Positions 8,422 through 16,705 of a stretch of DNA of 38,299 bases are shown here, one piece after another. The position numbers were made by a program, and so were the translations under genes. Positions within the stretch are counted from its first letter, which is position 1. Every line of letters begins with the position of its first letter. Origin of the DNA: Thermoanaerobaculia bacterium (GTDB lineage: Bacteria; Acidobacteriota; Thermoanaerobaculia; Multivoradales; JAHEKO01); assembly GCA_041634115.1 (NCBI GenBank), contig JBFJMD010000001.1, positions 1 to 38,299 of the forward strand, read 5' to 3'. Below the pieces are notes generated by a model. That model ran no database searches. It saw only the letters and a list, made by a program, of their open reading frames with translations, and was not told the DNA's origin.

Positions 8422-10514
8422 CAGCGCGGGTGGCTGGCGATGAGCGCCCGCGTCTCCTCCGAGTCGAGGGGGCGCGAGAAGTAGAAGCCCTGTCCGTATT
8501 CGCACTCGAGCTTCTGCAGCCGCGCGAGCTGGTCCGGGGTCTCCAGCCCCTCCGCCGCCACCTGCATGCCGAGGCTGCGGGCGAGCGAGATAATGGTGCC
8601 GACGATCTGCGAGCGGTCCTCGTGGTCGTTCATGCCGGAGACGAAGGAGCGGTCGATCTTCAGGGTCTGCGTCGGCAGCTGGTGCAGGTAGCGCATCGAG
8701 GAGAAGCCGGTGCCGAAGTCGTCGATGTAGAGCTGCACCCCGAGCTGACGCAGCTCCCGCAGCCTGGCGATGACGCCCTCGACGTTCGACATCAGCAGCC
8801 GCTCGGTGACCTCGATCTGCAGCCGCGCCGGGTCGAAGCCGGTCTGGTAGAGGATCACCTCGATGCGCTCGATCAGGTCGGCCTGGCGGAACTGCTTCGC
8901 CGACAGGTTGACGCTGACGCCGAGCGTGCGGGTGAACGGGAGCTGCCGGTGCCAGGTGGCCATCTGCCCGCAGGCCTCGCGCATCACCGCCCAGCCGATG
9001 GGGACGATCAGGCCGGTCTCTTCCGCCACCTGGATGAAGTCGGCGGGCAGCACCAGACCCCGCTGCGGGTGCAGCCAGCGCACCAGCGCCTCGAAGCCCT
9101 CGAGCTCTCCCGACTCCAGGCTCACGATCGGCTGATAGTGCAGCCGGAACTCGCCGTTCTTGAGCGCCCGCCGCAGCTCGGCCTCCATGTTGAGCAGCTC
9201 GGTGGCGCGGTGGTGCATCTCCTCGTCGAAGATCGCGTGCCGCGCCTTGCCGAGGTACTTGGCCCGGTACATGGCGGTGTCGGCGTCGCGCAGCAGGTCC
9301 TGCGGACGGTCGTAGCCGGTGGAGCTCAGCGCGATGCCGATGCTGGCGGTGGTCGAGACCTCGTGCCCCTTGAGATCGAACGACTTGCGCAGCTCCTCGT
9401 GAATGCGCTCGGCGATGCGGGTCGCGTCGCTCGGGCTCTCGATGCCGTTGGCCAGGATCGCGAACTCGTCGCCGCCCAGGCGGGCCACGGTGTCGCCGGG
9501 CCGCAGCAGGGTCTGCAGCCGCAGGGCGACCCCGATCAGGAGCTGATCGCCGATCGCGTGCCCGAGGCTGTCGTTGACGGCCTTGAAGCGGTCGAGATCG
9601 AGGAACAGCACGGCGAAGCGGTACTCCTCGCGCCGCTTGGCCTGCGCCAGCGCGATCGCCAGCCGGTCCATCAGCAGCGCCGAGTTGGCGAGGCCGGTCA
9701 GGGCGTCGTGCATCGCGTCGTGCAGGAGCTGCTGCTCGGTCATCTTGCGGGCGTCGATGTCGGTGAGCGAGCCGGCCATGCGATAGGCGACGTCGTTCTC
9801 GTCGCGCACCGCGAGGGCGCGGGCCAGCATCCAGCGGAACTCCCCGGCCGCGGTGCGCAGCCGGTGCTCCGTCTCCAGGTGCGGGGTGCGCCCGGTCAGG
9901 TGCGAGCTGATGTCCTTCTTGAGCTTGTCGAGGTCCGCCGGGTGGACGCGCCCGAACCACTCGTCGACGCGATTGCCGACCTCCTCGTTCTCGTAGCCCA
10001 GCATCTCCTTCCAGCGCTTCGAGAAGAAGACCCGGTCGCTCACCAGGTTCCAGTCCCAGACCCCGTCCTTGGCGCCGCTGACCGCCAGCTCGTAGCGCTC
10101 GCGGGTCTCGCGCAGCGCCTCCTGGGCGCGCTTGCGCTCGATGCCGTAGCGGATGGAGCGCACCAGCGAGTCGGTGTCCACCTTGCGCTTGACGAGATAG
10201 TCCTGGGCGCCCTCGCGCACCGCCTGCAGCGCCAGGCCCTTGTCGTCGAGCCCGGTCATCACGATGATCGGCACGCTCGGGACGCAGGCGTGGATCGACT
10301 GGAAGGTGTCGATGCCGTTGCTGTCGGGCAGGGTGAGATCGAGCAGCACGATGTCGGCGGCCGACTGCGGCAGCCGCTCGAGGGCGGTGCCGACCCGGTC
10401 GGCGCGCTCGAGCTCGAAGGCGGAGAGCTCCGATTTCGAGAGGTAGCGCTCGACCAGGTGGGCGTCGCCGGGATTGTCTTCGACCAGGAAGACCTTGATC
10501 GGCTCCTGGCTCAC
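8418..10514 (-). CDS. Response regulator receiver-PAS-GGDEF-EAL protein (c-di-GMP synthase/phosphodiesterase)
   Basis: REC: KVFLVEDNPGD...DIVLLDLTLPDSNG. PAS: WDWNLVSDRVFFSKRWKEMLGY. Intact RLGGDEFAIL. Intact EALVRW, DDFGTGFSSM and QGFYFSRP. GTG start overlapping the upstream stop. Confidence 0.9.
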   Translation of the reverse strand: MSQEPIKVFLVEDNPGDAHLVERYLSKSELSAFELERADRVGTALERLPQSAADIVLLDLTLPDSNGIDTFQSIHACVPSVPIIVMTGLDDKGLALQAVREGAQDYLVKRKVDTDSLVRSIRYGIERKRAQEALRETRERYELAVSGAKDGVWDWNLVSDRVFFSKRWKEMLGYENEEVGNRVDEWFGRVHPADLDKLKKDISSHLTGRTPHLETEHRLRTAAGEFRWMLARALAVRDENDVAYRMAGSLTDIDARKMTEQQLLHDAMHDALTGLANSALLMDRLAIALAQAKRREEYRFAVLFLDLDRFKAVNDSLGHAIGDQLLIGVALRLQTLLRPGDTVARLGGDEFAILANGIESPSDATRIAERIHEELRKSFDLKGHEVSTTASIGIALSSTGYDRPQDLLRDADTAMYRAKYLGKARHAIFDEEMHHRATELLNMEAELRRALKNGEFRLHYQPIVSLESGELEGFEALVRWLHPQRGLVLPADFIQVAEETGLIVPIGWAVMREACGQMATWHRQLPFTRTLGVSVNLSAKQFRQADLIERIEVILYQTGFDPARLQIEVTERLLMSNVEGVIARLRELRQLGVQLYIDDFGTGFSSMRYLHQLPTQTLKIDRSFVSGMNDHEDRSQIVGTIISLARSLGMQVAAEGLETPDQLARLQKLECEYGQGFYFSRPLDSEETRALIASHPRW

Positions 10515-12046
10515 CTCGCCTTCCCTTTGCTCTTGCTGGCGCTGCGGTCGCGCGGGCGGGGCGCCGCCGGCTCACCGCCCAGCGGCACGGAGAAGTAGAA
10601 GGTCGAGCCCTTGCCGGGGGCCGAATCCACCCAGATCCTCCCCCCCTGTCGCTCGACGATGCGCTTGCAGATGGCCAAACCGATTCCGGTGCCCGAGTAC
10701 TCGGGGTGGAGCCGCTTGAAGATCGTGAAGATGGCTTCCGCGTCTTTGGGCTCGATTCCGATCCCGTTGTCGGAAACCGAGAGGATCCACTCGTCTTCGC
10801 CGCGCTGGGCGCCGATGCGGACCCGGGGCGGCTGCTTGCCGCGGAATTTTACCGCGTTGGCGATCAGGTTGCGAAAGACCTGCTCGAGGTCCGAGGGATC
10901 GCCCAGCACCTTGGGCAATTCGTCGCGCCGGATCTCGGCCTCGCTCTCGTCCACCGCCGACTGCAGGCTGCGGATGGCGCGGTCGGCGATCTCGCCGAGA
11001 TCGCAGGCGGTGAAGCGCCGGTCGCCGGCGCTCGCGCGCGCGAACTGCAGCAGGTCCTCGACCAGGTCGCGCATGCGCCGGGTGCCGTCGAGCACGAAGC
11101 CCGCCGCCGTCTCGGCCTCCTCCGACAGCTCGCCGGGCAGCTCCTCGTCCAGGATCTGGGTGAACTTCTCCACCATCCGCAGCGGCTCCTGCAGCTCGTG
11201 CGAGGCGACGGAGGCGAACTCCACCAGGTCGGAGTTGGAGCGCTCGAGCTCCTGCAGCCGCGCGACCAGCCGGCCCTCGTGCTCTTTGAGGTGTCCGACG
11301 TTCTGCACCAGCACGTCGACGACGATGTCGCCGTCCACGTCGAGCAGCATCACCTCCGTCAGGTTGAGCCACACCGTGCTGCCGTCCGGGCGCTCGAACT
11401 CCACGACCCGCGCCTGCAGCTCGCCCGCGGTGTTGAGCTGCTGCATCAGGTCGGCGCGGGTCTCCGCCCGGAAGTAGTGAATCGGCAGGTCGACCCGCAG
11501 CGCCTCCTCGACCGAGTCGACCCCGAGCAGGCGCAGGAGCGCCGGGTTGGCCTCGATCAGGCGCTGGTCGGGGGTGGAGCGGAAGACGCCGACGTTGGCG
11601 CGGTCCAGCAGCGTCTGCAGCCAGGGCTCGCTGCGCGCCACGAGCCGATCGGTGGTCGCCCGGTCGATCGCCTCGCGCACCGCCGTCGCCAGCCGCAGGT
11701 AGTTCTTCGAGGACTTGATCAGGAAGTCGGCGAGGCCCGCCTTCATCCCGGCGACCGCCAGCTCCTCGTCCTTGACGTGGGTGAAGACGATGACCGGCAC
11801 CTCGGGGTGGCTGTCGTGCACCGCCTCGAGGACCGAGAGGCCGTCCGACCAGCTCAGCTGCTGCTCGGTGACGATGAGATCGACGCCGCGCCCGGCGAGC
11901 GCGGTGGCGAAGCCCTTGGCGCTGTCGATCTCCAGGATCCGCGACTCGGGCAGCTCGCGCGAGATCACCACCGACGCCAACCCGCGGTCCTGCGGATCGT
12001 CGTCGATCAGGAGGATGCGGGGGCCGGCGCTCAGGGCGGCCCCCAC
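10511..12046 (-). CDS. Hybrid sensor histidine kinase (N-terminal REC, PAS, HisKA, HATPase_c)
   Basis: RILLIDDDPQD...DLIVTEQQL (REC), H-box SHELQEPLR, N-box NLIANAVKF, DNGIGI, GTGIGLAICKRIV. The ORF extends to an ATG at 12280, but codons between 12047 and 12280 are AT-rich at the third position and look non-coding. I prefer the in-frame GTG at 12046 (VGAALSAGPRILLIDDD). The start is uncertain. Confidence 0.8.
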   Translation of the reverse strand: MGAALSAGPRILLIDDDPQDRGLASVVISRELPESRILEIDSAKGFATALAGRGVDLIVTEQQLSWSDGLSVLEAVHDSHPEVPVIVFTHVKDEELAVAGMKAGLADFLIKSSKNYLRLATAVREAIDRATTDRLVARSEPWLQTLLDRANVGVFRSTPDQRLIEANPALLRLLGVDSVEEALRVDLPIHYFRAETRADLMQQLNTAGELQARVVEFERPDGSTVWLNLTEVMLLDVDGDIVVDVLVQNVGHLKEHEGRLVARLQELERSNSDLVEFASVASHELQEPLRMVEKFTQILDEELPGELSEEAETAAGFVLDGTRRMRDLVEDLLQFARASAGDRRFTACDLGEIADRAIRSLQSAVDESEAEIRRDELPKVLGDPSDLEQVFRNLIANAVKFRGKQPPRVRIGAQRGEDEWILSVSDNGIGIEPKDAEAIFTIFKRLHPEYSGTGIGLAICKRIVERQGGRIWVDSAPGKGSTFYFSVPLGGEPAAPRPRDRSASKSKGKAR

Positions 12047-12288
12047 GCCGCCCGGTCCGCGCCGGAGCGCGGCCGCGGCGGGTTCGACTGGGTAGACGGG
12101 TCGCGAGTCATACGCCGGGTTCCACTGGTGCCACCGATCGCCTGGGTGCTGGCCGAAGCCGCCGTATGATAGCGCAAAACGGAGATCGAAAAAACTCGAT
12201 AAATGCAAATAGGTCAATGCTTTACTCGCACTTGCACAGTCCGCCCGAGGTTGCGCCGGAGAGAGATATCCGCTATGCATCGGGGGCC

Positions 12289-12861
12289 GTGCCGAAAGTC
12301 TCCGCGGAGCACCTCGCCGCCCGCCGTGGCGGCATCCTCAAGGCGGCCTTCCGCTGCTTCAGCCGCCAGGGCCTCCATGCCACGACGATGCGCGACATCT
12401 GCCGCGCGGCCAATTTGAGCCCGGGCGCCATCTACAGCTACTTCGAGAGCAAGCAGGCGATCGTCGAGGCGCTGGCGCGCGACAGCCGCGAGCGGATCGT
12501 GGCCTTCCTCGATTCGGTGCCCGCGGGCGCGGATCCCCGGGAGACGGTCGGTCTCAAGCTCGAGGCGCTCATCTCCGCGCTCGAGACGCCCGAGGCGGCG
12601 GACCGCATTCGCCTCGACGTGGCGCTCTGGGCCGAGGCGCTCCGCGACCCGGCCGTGCGCCGCCTCTTCGACGCGGCGACGGAGGGCATCGTCGCCTCCC
12701 TCGCCGGCACGCTCGAGGACGCGCCCGCGAAGGAGGCCGAGGCGCTGGGCCGCGTGGTCCTCGCCCTGTTCGAGGGCCTCGCCCTGCAGAAGGCGGTCGA
12801 TCCCGACGCCGACCTCTCCGCCGCCGCCGCCGTCGCCCGCAGGATCCTGCGCCGGCCCTGA
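12289..12861 (+). CDS. TetR/AcrR family transcriptional regulator
   Basis: HTH region ILKAAFRCFSRQGLHATTMRDICRAANLSPGAIYSYFESKQAIV. I prefer the GTG at 12289 because the upstream in-frame codons (12166-12288) have atypical low-GC third positions. Confidence 0.75.
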   Translation: MPKVSAEHLAARRGGILKAAFRCFSRQGLHATTMRDICRAANLSPGAIYSYFESKQAIVEALARDSRERIVAFLDSVPAGADPRETVGLKLEALISALETPEAADRIRLDVALWAEALRDPAVRRLFDAATEGIVASLAGTLEDAPAKEAEALGRVVLALFEGLALQKAVDPDADLSAAAAVARRILRRP

Positions 12862-12871
12862 GACGTTCCCC

Positions 12872-12900
12872 TTGACAACCGGCGCGCCCTCGCGCAGAAT
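12872..12900 (+). promoter_or_regulatory. Sigma70-like promoter TTGACA-17 nt-CAGAAT
   Basis: TTGACA at 12872-12877, a 17-nt spacer, CAGAAT at 12895-12900. The ATG of the downstream TetR gene is at 12908, only 7 nt after the -10 hexamer. Confidence 0.55.
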
Positions 12901-12917
12901 TTGAACGATGGTTCAAA
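12900..12917. promoter_or_regulatory. Perfect inverted repeat TTTGAAC-GATG-GTTCAAA (candidate TetR operator)
   Basis: 7+7 perfect palindrome with a 4-nt spacer. It spans the predicted transcription start and the ATG (12908-12910) of the TetR gene that is coupled to the Mo-enzyme operon. Confidence 0.55.
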
Positions 12918-13555
12918 CCTCCTCCGATCGACCGCTCTCCGAGCGCGCCGCGGACCGCCGGCGCCAGATCCTGGAGGGCGCGTCGCGGGTCTTCCGGCGC
13001 CGGGGGCTCCACGCGTCCGGCATGCGCGACGTCGCCGCCGAGCTCGGCATGCACGTCGGCAACCTCTACTACTACTTCGAGAACAAGCAGCAGCTCCTCG
13101 CCTACTGCCAGGAGGCGACGCTCGCGGCGCTTCTCGAACTCGCCCGCGAGGTGGAGGCCTCGGGCCTGCCGGCCGACGAGAAGCTGCGGCGGCTGATCGT
13201 CGGCCACGTCGAGCGGCTGAACGAGCGCATCCCGGGCTCCCTGGCGCATCTCGAGGTCGAGGCCCTGGAGCGCGAGGGGCGGGAGCGGATCCAGCCCCGG
13301 CGCGACGCCTACGAGCGGGCGTGGCGCCGGATCGTCCGGCAGGGCGTCGAGGAGGGGCGGCTCGCGAGCGCCGACCCCGAGGTCACCGTGCGGGCGATCC
13401 TCGGGGCGCTCAACTGGACGGTCAAGTGGTTCCGCCTCGACGGCGCCCGCGACGCCGCCGAGATCGGCGAGGAGATGGCGGGGCTCTTCCTCGACGGCCT
13501 GCGCCGGCCGGCCGCCGAAGCGCCGGGACCGCCTCCGGCCGGGGGCACGCGATGA
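12908..13555 (+). CDS. TetR/AcrR family transcriptional regulator (coupled to downstream Mo-hydroxylase genes)
   Basis: RRRQILEGASRVFRRRGLHASGMRDVAAELGMHVGNLYYYFENKQQLL. The stop TGA 13553-13555 overlaps the ATG 13552-13554 of the next gene (ATGA). Confidence 0.85.
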   Translation: MVQTSSDRPLSERAADRRRQILEGASRVFRRRGLHASGMRDVAAELGMHVGNLYYYFENKQQLLAYCQEATLAALLELAREVEASGLPADEKLRRLIVGHVERLNERIPGSLAHLEVEALEREGRERIQPRRDAYERAWRRIVRQGVEEGRLASADPEVTVRAILGALNWTVKWFRLDGARDAAEIGEEMAGLFLDGLRRPAAEAPGPPPAGGTR

Positions 13556-14103
13556 GCCGCCAGACCACCACCCTCACCCTCCGGGTCAACGGCGAGGAGC
13601 GCACCGTCGCCTTCCCCACCCATCACACCCTGCTCGAGGTGCTGCGCGAGGAGTGCGGCCTCACCGGCACCAAGCACGGCTGCGAGCTGGGCGAGTGCGG
13701 CACCTGCGCGGTCCTGGTGGACGGGCGGCCGGTGCTCTCCTGCCTGGCGCTCGCGGCGGAGATGGAGGGGCGCGAGATCGAGACCGTCGAGGGGCTCCAG
13801 CGGGGGAACCGGCTGCACCCGCTGCAGGCGGCCTTCGCCGACCTCGGCGCCGCCCAGTGCGGCTACTGCACGCCGGGCATCCTGCTGGTGGCCAAGGCCC
13901 TGCTGGCCGCGAGCCCGCGGCCCGAGCGGCGCGAGATCGAGGAGGCGCTGGCCGGCAACCTCTGCCGCTGCACCGGCTACCACAAGATCGTCGAGGCCGT
14001 GGAGCAGGCGGCGGCGGTTGCCCGCGGCGAAGAGGCGACCCCGCCCCACGAGACCCTCTACGGAGCCGAGCCGCCCACGACCACCGGCCGCGGAGCGGAA
14101 TAG
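13552..14103 (+). CDS. [2Fe-2S]-binding small subunit of a xanthine dehydrogenase-family molybdoenzyme (HcrC/CoxS-like)
   Basis: TKHGCELGECGTCAVLVDGRPVLSC (plant-type 2Fe-2S) and AAQCGYCTPGILL...NLCRCTGYHKI (second 2Fe-2S). Confidence 0.9.
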   Translation: MSRQTTTLTLRVNGEERTVAFPTHHTLLEVLREECGLTGTKHGCELGECGTCAVLVDGRPVLSCLALAAEMEGREIETVEGLQRGNRLHPLQAAFADLGAAQCGYCTPGILLVAKALLAASPRPERREIEEALAGNLCRCTGYHKIVEAVEQAAAVARGEEATPPHETLYGAEPPTTTGRGAE

Positions 14104-14117
14104 GAGATCGGAGCGCG

Positions 14118-16682
14118 ATGGCCGAGCCCGCGAAGAGACCGGACACACCCCCCCGCGACGCGCCCCGCCGCGAGCGCGAAACGCGCTGGATCGGCAAGCC
14201 CTTCCGGCGCGTGGACGGCCGCGCCAAGGTGACCGGCGCGACCCGCTTCGCCGACGACCTCGTCTTCCCCCGCATGTGCTTCGCGAAGCTGGTGCGCTCG
14301 ACGGTGCCTCACGCCCGCATCCGCGGCATCGACTTCTCCGCCGCCGCCGCGGTCGAGGGCTACCTCGGACACCTGACCGGCGATTGCATGCCCGAGACCT
14401 TCGGCATCCTGCCGGTCTCCCAGGACGAGCACGCGCTCTGCCCCGACAAGGTGCGGATGGTGGGAGACCCGGTGGCCGCGGTGGCGGCGACGACCGAGGA
14501 CGCCGCCGGAGAGGCGGCGCTCGCGGTGAAGGTCGACTACGAGCCGCTGGAGACGATCGCCGACCTGGAAGAGGCGCTCGCCCGCCCCGAGCCCCGCATC
14601 CACGACTACCCCAAGGAGGGAGGCAACGTCCACAAGAAGGTGTCGCTCGCCTTCGGCGACGTCGAGAAGGGGCTCTCGGAGGCCGACCTGGTGCTCGAAG
14701 ACGTCCTCTTCTACGAGGGCAACACCCACCTGCCCATGGAGCAGCACGCGGCCGTGGCGGTGCCCGAGGACGACGACCGCGTCACCGTCTACTCCGCCAC
14801 CCAGACGCCGCACTACGTGCACCGGGCGCTCGCCCGGGTGCTCGGCCTGCCGGCGGCCCGCATCCGGGTCGTGGCCTGCCCGAACGGCGGCGGCTTCGGC
14901 GGCAAGAGCGACCCCTTCAACCACGAGATCGTGGTGGCGAAGATGGCGCTCGAGCTCGGGCGGCCGGTCAAGATCACCCTCACCCGCGAGGAGGTCTTCT
15001 ACTGCCACCGCGGCCGCCATCCGGTGCTGATGCGGTTGAAGACCGGCTTCCGCCGGGACGGCACGCTCACCGCCCAGCACCTCGAGACGGCGCTCGACGG
15101 CGGCGCCTACGGCAGCTACGGCGTCGCCTCGACCTACTACACCGGGGCGCTGCAGACCGTGACCTACCGACTGCCGGCCTACCGCTTCGACGGCGTGCGG
15201 GTCTTCACCAACAAGCCGCCGTGCGGGCCGAAGCGCGGGCACGGCACGCCGCAGCCGCGCTTCGGCTGGGAGGTCCACCTCGACAAGGCGGCCCACCGGC
15301 TGGGGATCGACCCGGCCGAGCTGCGGCTGAAGAACCTCGAGCGCCCGGGCGCGGTGACCGCCAACTGGCTCCAGCTCGGCACGGTGGGGCTCGGCCGCTG
15401 CATCGAGGCGGTGGTGGCGGGCAGCGGCTGGCGCGAGCGCTACGGCAAGCTCCCCGTGGGCCGCGGTCTGGGCTTGGCCTGCGGCTCCTACCTCTGCGGC
15501 GCGGGGCTGCCGATCTACTGGAACCACATGCCGCAGTCGGGCGTCCAGCTCCTGCTCGACCGCTCGGGAGGCGTCTCCGTCTTCTGCGGCGAGACCGAGA
15601 TCGGCCAGGGCTCGGACTCGGTCTTGGCGGCGATCGTCGCCGAGGTCCTCGGGGTGGACCTGGCGGACGTGCGACTCTGCGTCGCCGACACCGACCTGAC
15701 GCCGGTCGATCTCGGCAGCTACTCGTCGCGGGTGACGCTCATGGTCGGCAACGCCGCCCTGCAGGCGGCCGAGCGCGCCCGCGAGCTGCTGGCGACCGCG
15801 GCGGCCGCGCGGCTGGAGGTGTCGAAAGACCGCCTGGCCTTCGCCGAGGGCCGGGTCTTCGACGTCGAAGACCCCGAGCGCGGGCTGAGCTTCCAGGAGG
15901 CCTGCATCGCCGCGGAGGCGCTGCACGGCACGCTGGGCACGGTCGGCTCCTACGTCCCGCCGCGCGCGCCGGGCAGGTACCGGGGAGCGGGGGTGGGGCC
16001 GTCGCCGACCTACTCCTACACCGCGGCCGTCATCGAGGTCGAGGTCGATCCCGGCACCGGCCTCTACCGGCCGCTCCACGTCTGGATCGCGCACGACGTC
16101 GGCAAGTGCATCAACCCGGTGCTGGTGCTGGGCCAGATCGAGGGCTCGGTCTACATGGGCCTGGGCGAGGCGATGATGGAGGAGCAGGCGTTCCGGCGGC
16201 TGCCGAAGCGGCGCTCGGCGGCCCTCGTGCACAAGATGCCGTCGATGCTCGAGTACAAGAGCCCGACCTTCCTGGAGATGCCGCCGATCACCAGCTACAT
16301 CATCGAGGACCCCGACGGCGAGGGGCCCTTCGGCGCCAAGGAGGTCGGCCAGGGGCCGCTGCTGCCGGTGGCGCCGGCGCTCGCCAACGCCATCTTCGAC
16401 GCGGTCGGGGCGCGCGTCGACCAGGTGCCGATCGGCCCGCACATGATCCTGAAGGCGCTGGCGGCGGGGCGGCGGGGCGGCGAGGCCCGCTTCGGACCGG
16501 CCGGCTTTCCCGCGGTGGACTACGGCGAGACCCTCGTGGTGCCGACCCCCGAAGACGGCGGCGACGGTCGCGCCATCAACGACTTCCGCCACGAGCTGCG
16601 CAGCGGCATGCGCTCGGCGAGCGGCACGATGACCTCGCGCGAGGAGGCCGTGAAAGGCGGCAAGGGCCCGCTCAGCACCTAG
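14118..16682 (+). CDS. Molybdopterin-binding large subunit of a xanthine dehydrogenase-family enzyme (HcrA-like)
   Basis: WIGKPFRRVDGRAKVTGATRFADD, YSATQTPHYVHRALA, GGGFGGKSD, ETEIGQGSDSVLAAIVAEVLG, GPFGAKEVGQGPLLPVAPALANAI. AGGAG/GGAG upstream of the ATG at 14118. Confidence 0.9.
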   Translation: MAEPAKRPDTPPRDAPRRERETRWIGKPFRRVDGRAKVTGATRFADDLVFPRMCFAKLVRSTVPHARIRGIDFSAAAAVEGYLGHLTGDCMPETFGILPVSQDEHALCPDKVRMVGDPVAAVAATTEDAAGEAALAVKVDYEPLETIADLEEALARPEPRIHDYPKEGGNVHKKVSLAFGDVEKGLSEADLVLEDVLFYEGNTHLPMEQHAAVAVPEDDDRVTVYSATQTPHYVHRALARVLGLPAARIRVVACPNGGGFGGKSDPFNHEIVVAKMALELGRPVKITLTREEVFYCHRGRHPVLMRLKTGFRRDGTLTAQHLETALDGGAYGSYGVASTYYTGALQTVTYRLPAYRFDGVRVFTNKPPCGPKRGHGTPQPRFGWEVHLDKAAHRLGIDPAELRLKNLERPGAVTANWLQLGTVGLGRCIEAVVAGSGWRERYGKLPVGRGLGLACGSYLCGAGLPIYWNHMPQSGVQLLLDRSGGVSVFCGETEIGQGSDSVLAAIVAEVLGVDLADVRLCVADTDLTPVDLGSYSSRVTLMVGNAALQAAERARELLATAAAARLEVSKDRLAFAEGRVFDVEDPERGLSFQEACIAAEALHGTLGTVGSYVPPRAPGRYRGAGVGPSPTYSYTAAVIEVEVDPGTGLYRPLHVWIAHDVGKCINPVLVLGQIEGSVYMGLGEAMMEEQAFRRLPKRRSAALVHKMPSMLEYKSPTFLEMPPITSYIIEDPDGEGPFGAKEVGQGPLLPVAPALANAIFDAVGARVDQVPIGPHMILKALAAGRRGGEARFGPAGFPAVDYGETLVVPTPEDGGDGRAINDFRHELRSGMRSASGTMTSREEAVKGGKGPLST

Positions 16683-16705
16683 CCCGACCCGGAGACTCCG
16701 ACCCG

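Noticed and set aside
6676-10575. A 1299-aa ORF in the track spanning the DUF885 and GGDEF-EAL region.
   Set aside because: Only the last ~581 codons (from GTG 8421) give a sensible protein. Upstream of that, the frame runs out of register through the GGDEF-EAL gene and yields RP/GA-rich nonsense.
8430-16592. Very long antisense ORFs (8430-10598 plus, 10706-12169 plus, 14058-16592 minus, 14018-17740 plus upstream part).
   Set aside because: These are the same GC-rich artefact. The opposite or other-frame products carry unambiguous REC/GGDEF/EAL, HK and Mo-enzyme motifs. Only the last 344 codons of 14018-17740 (from ATG 16706) are real.
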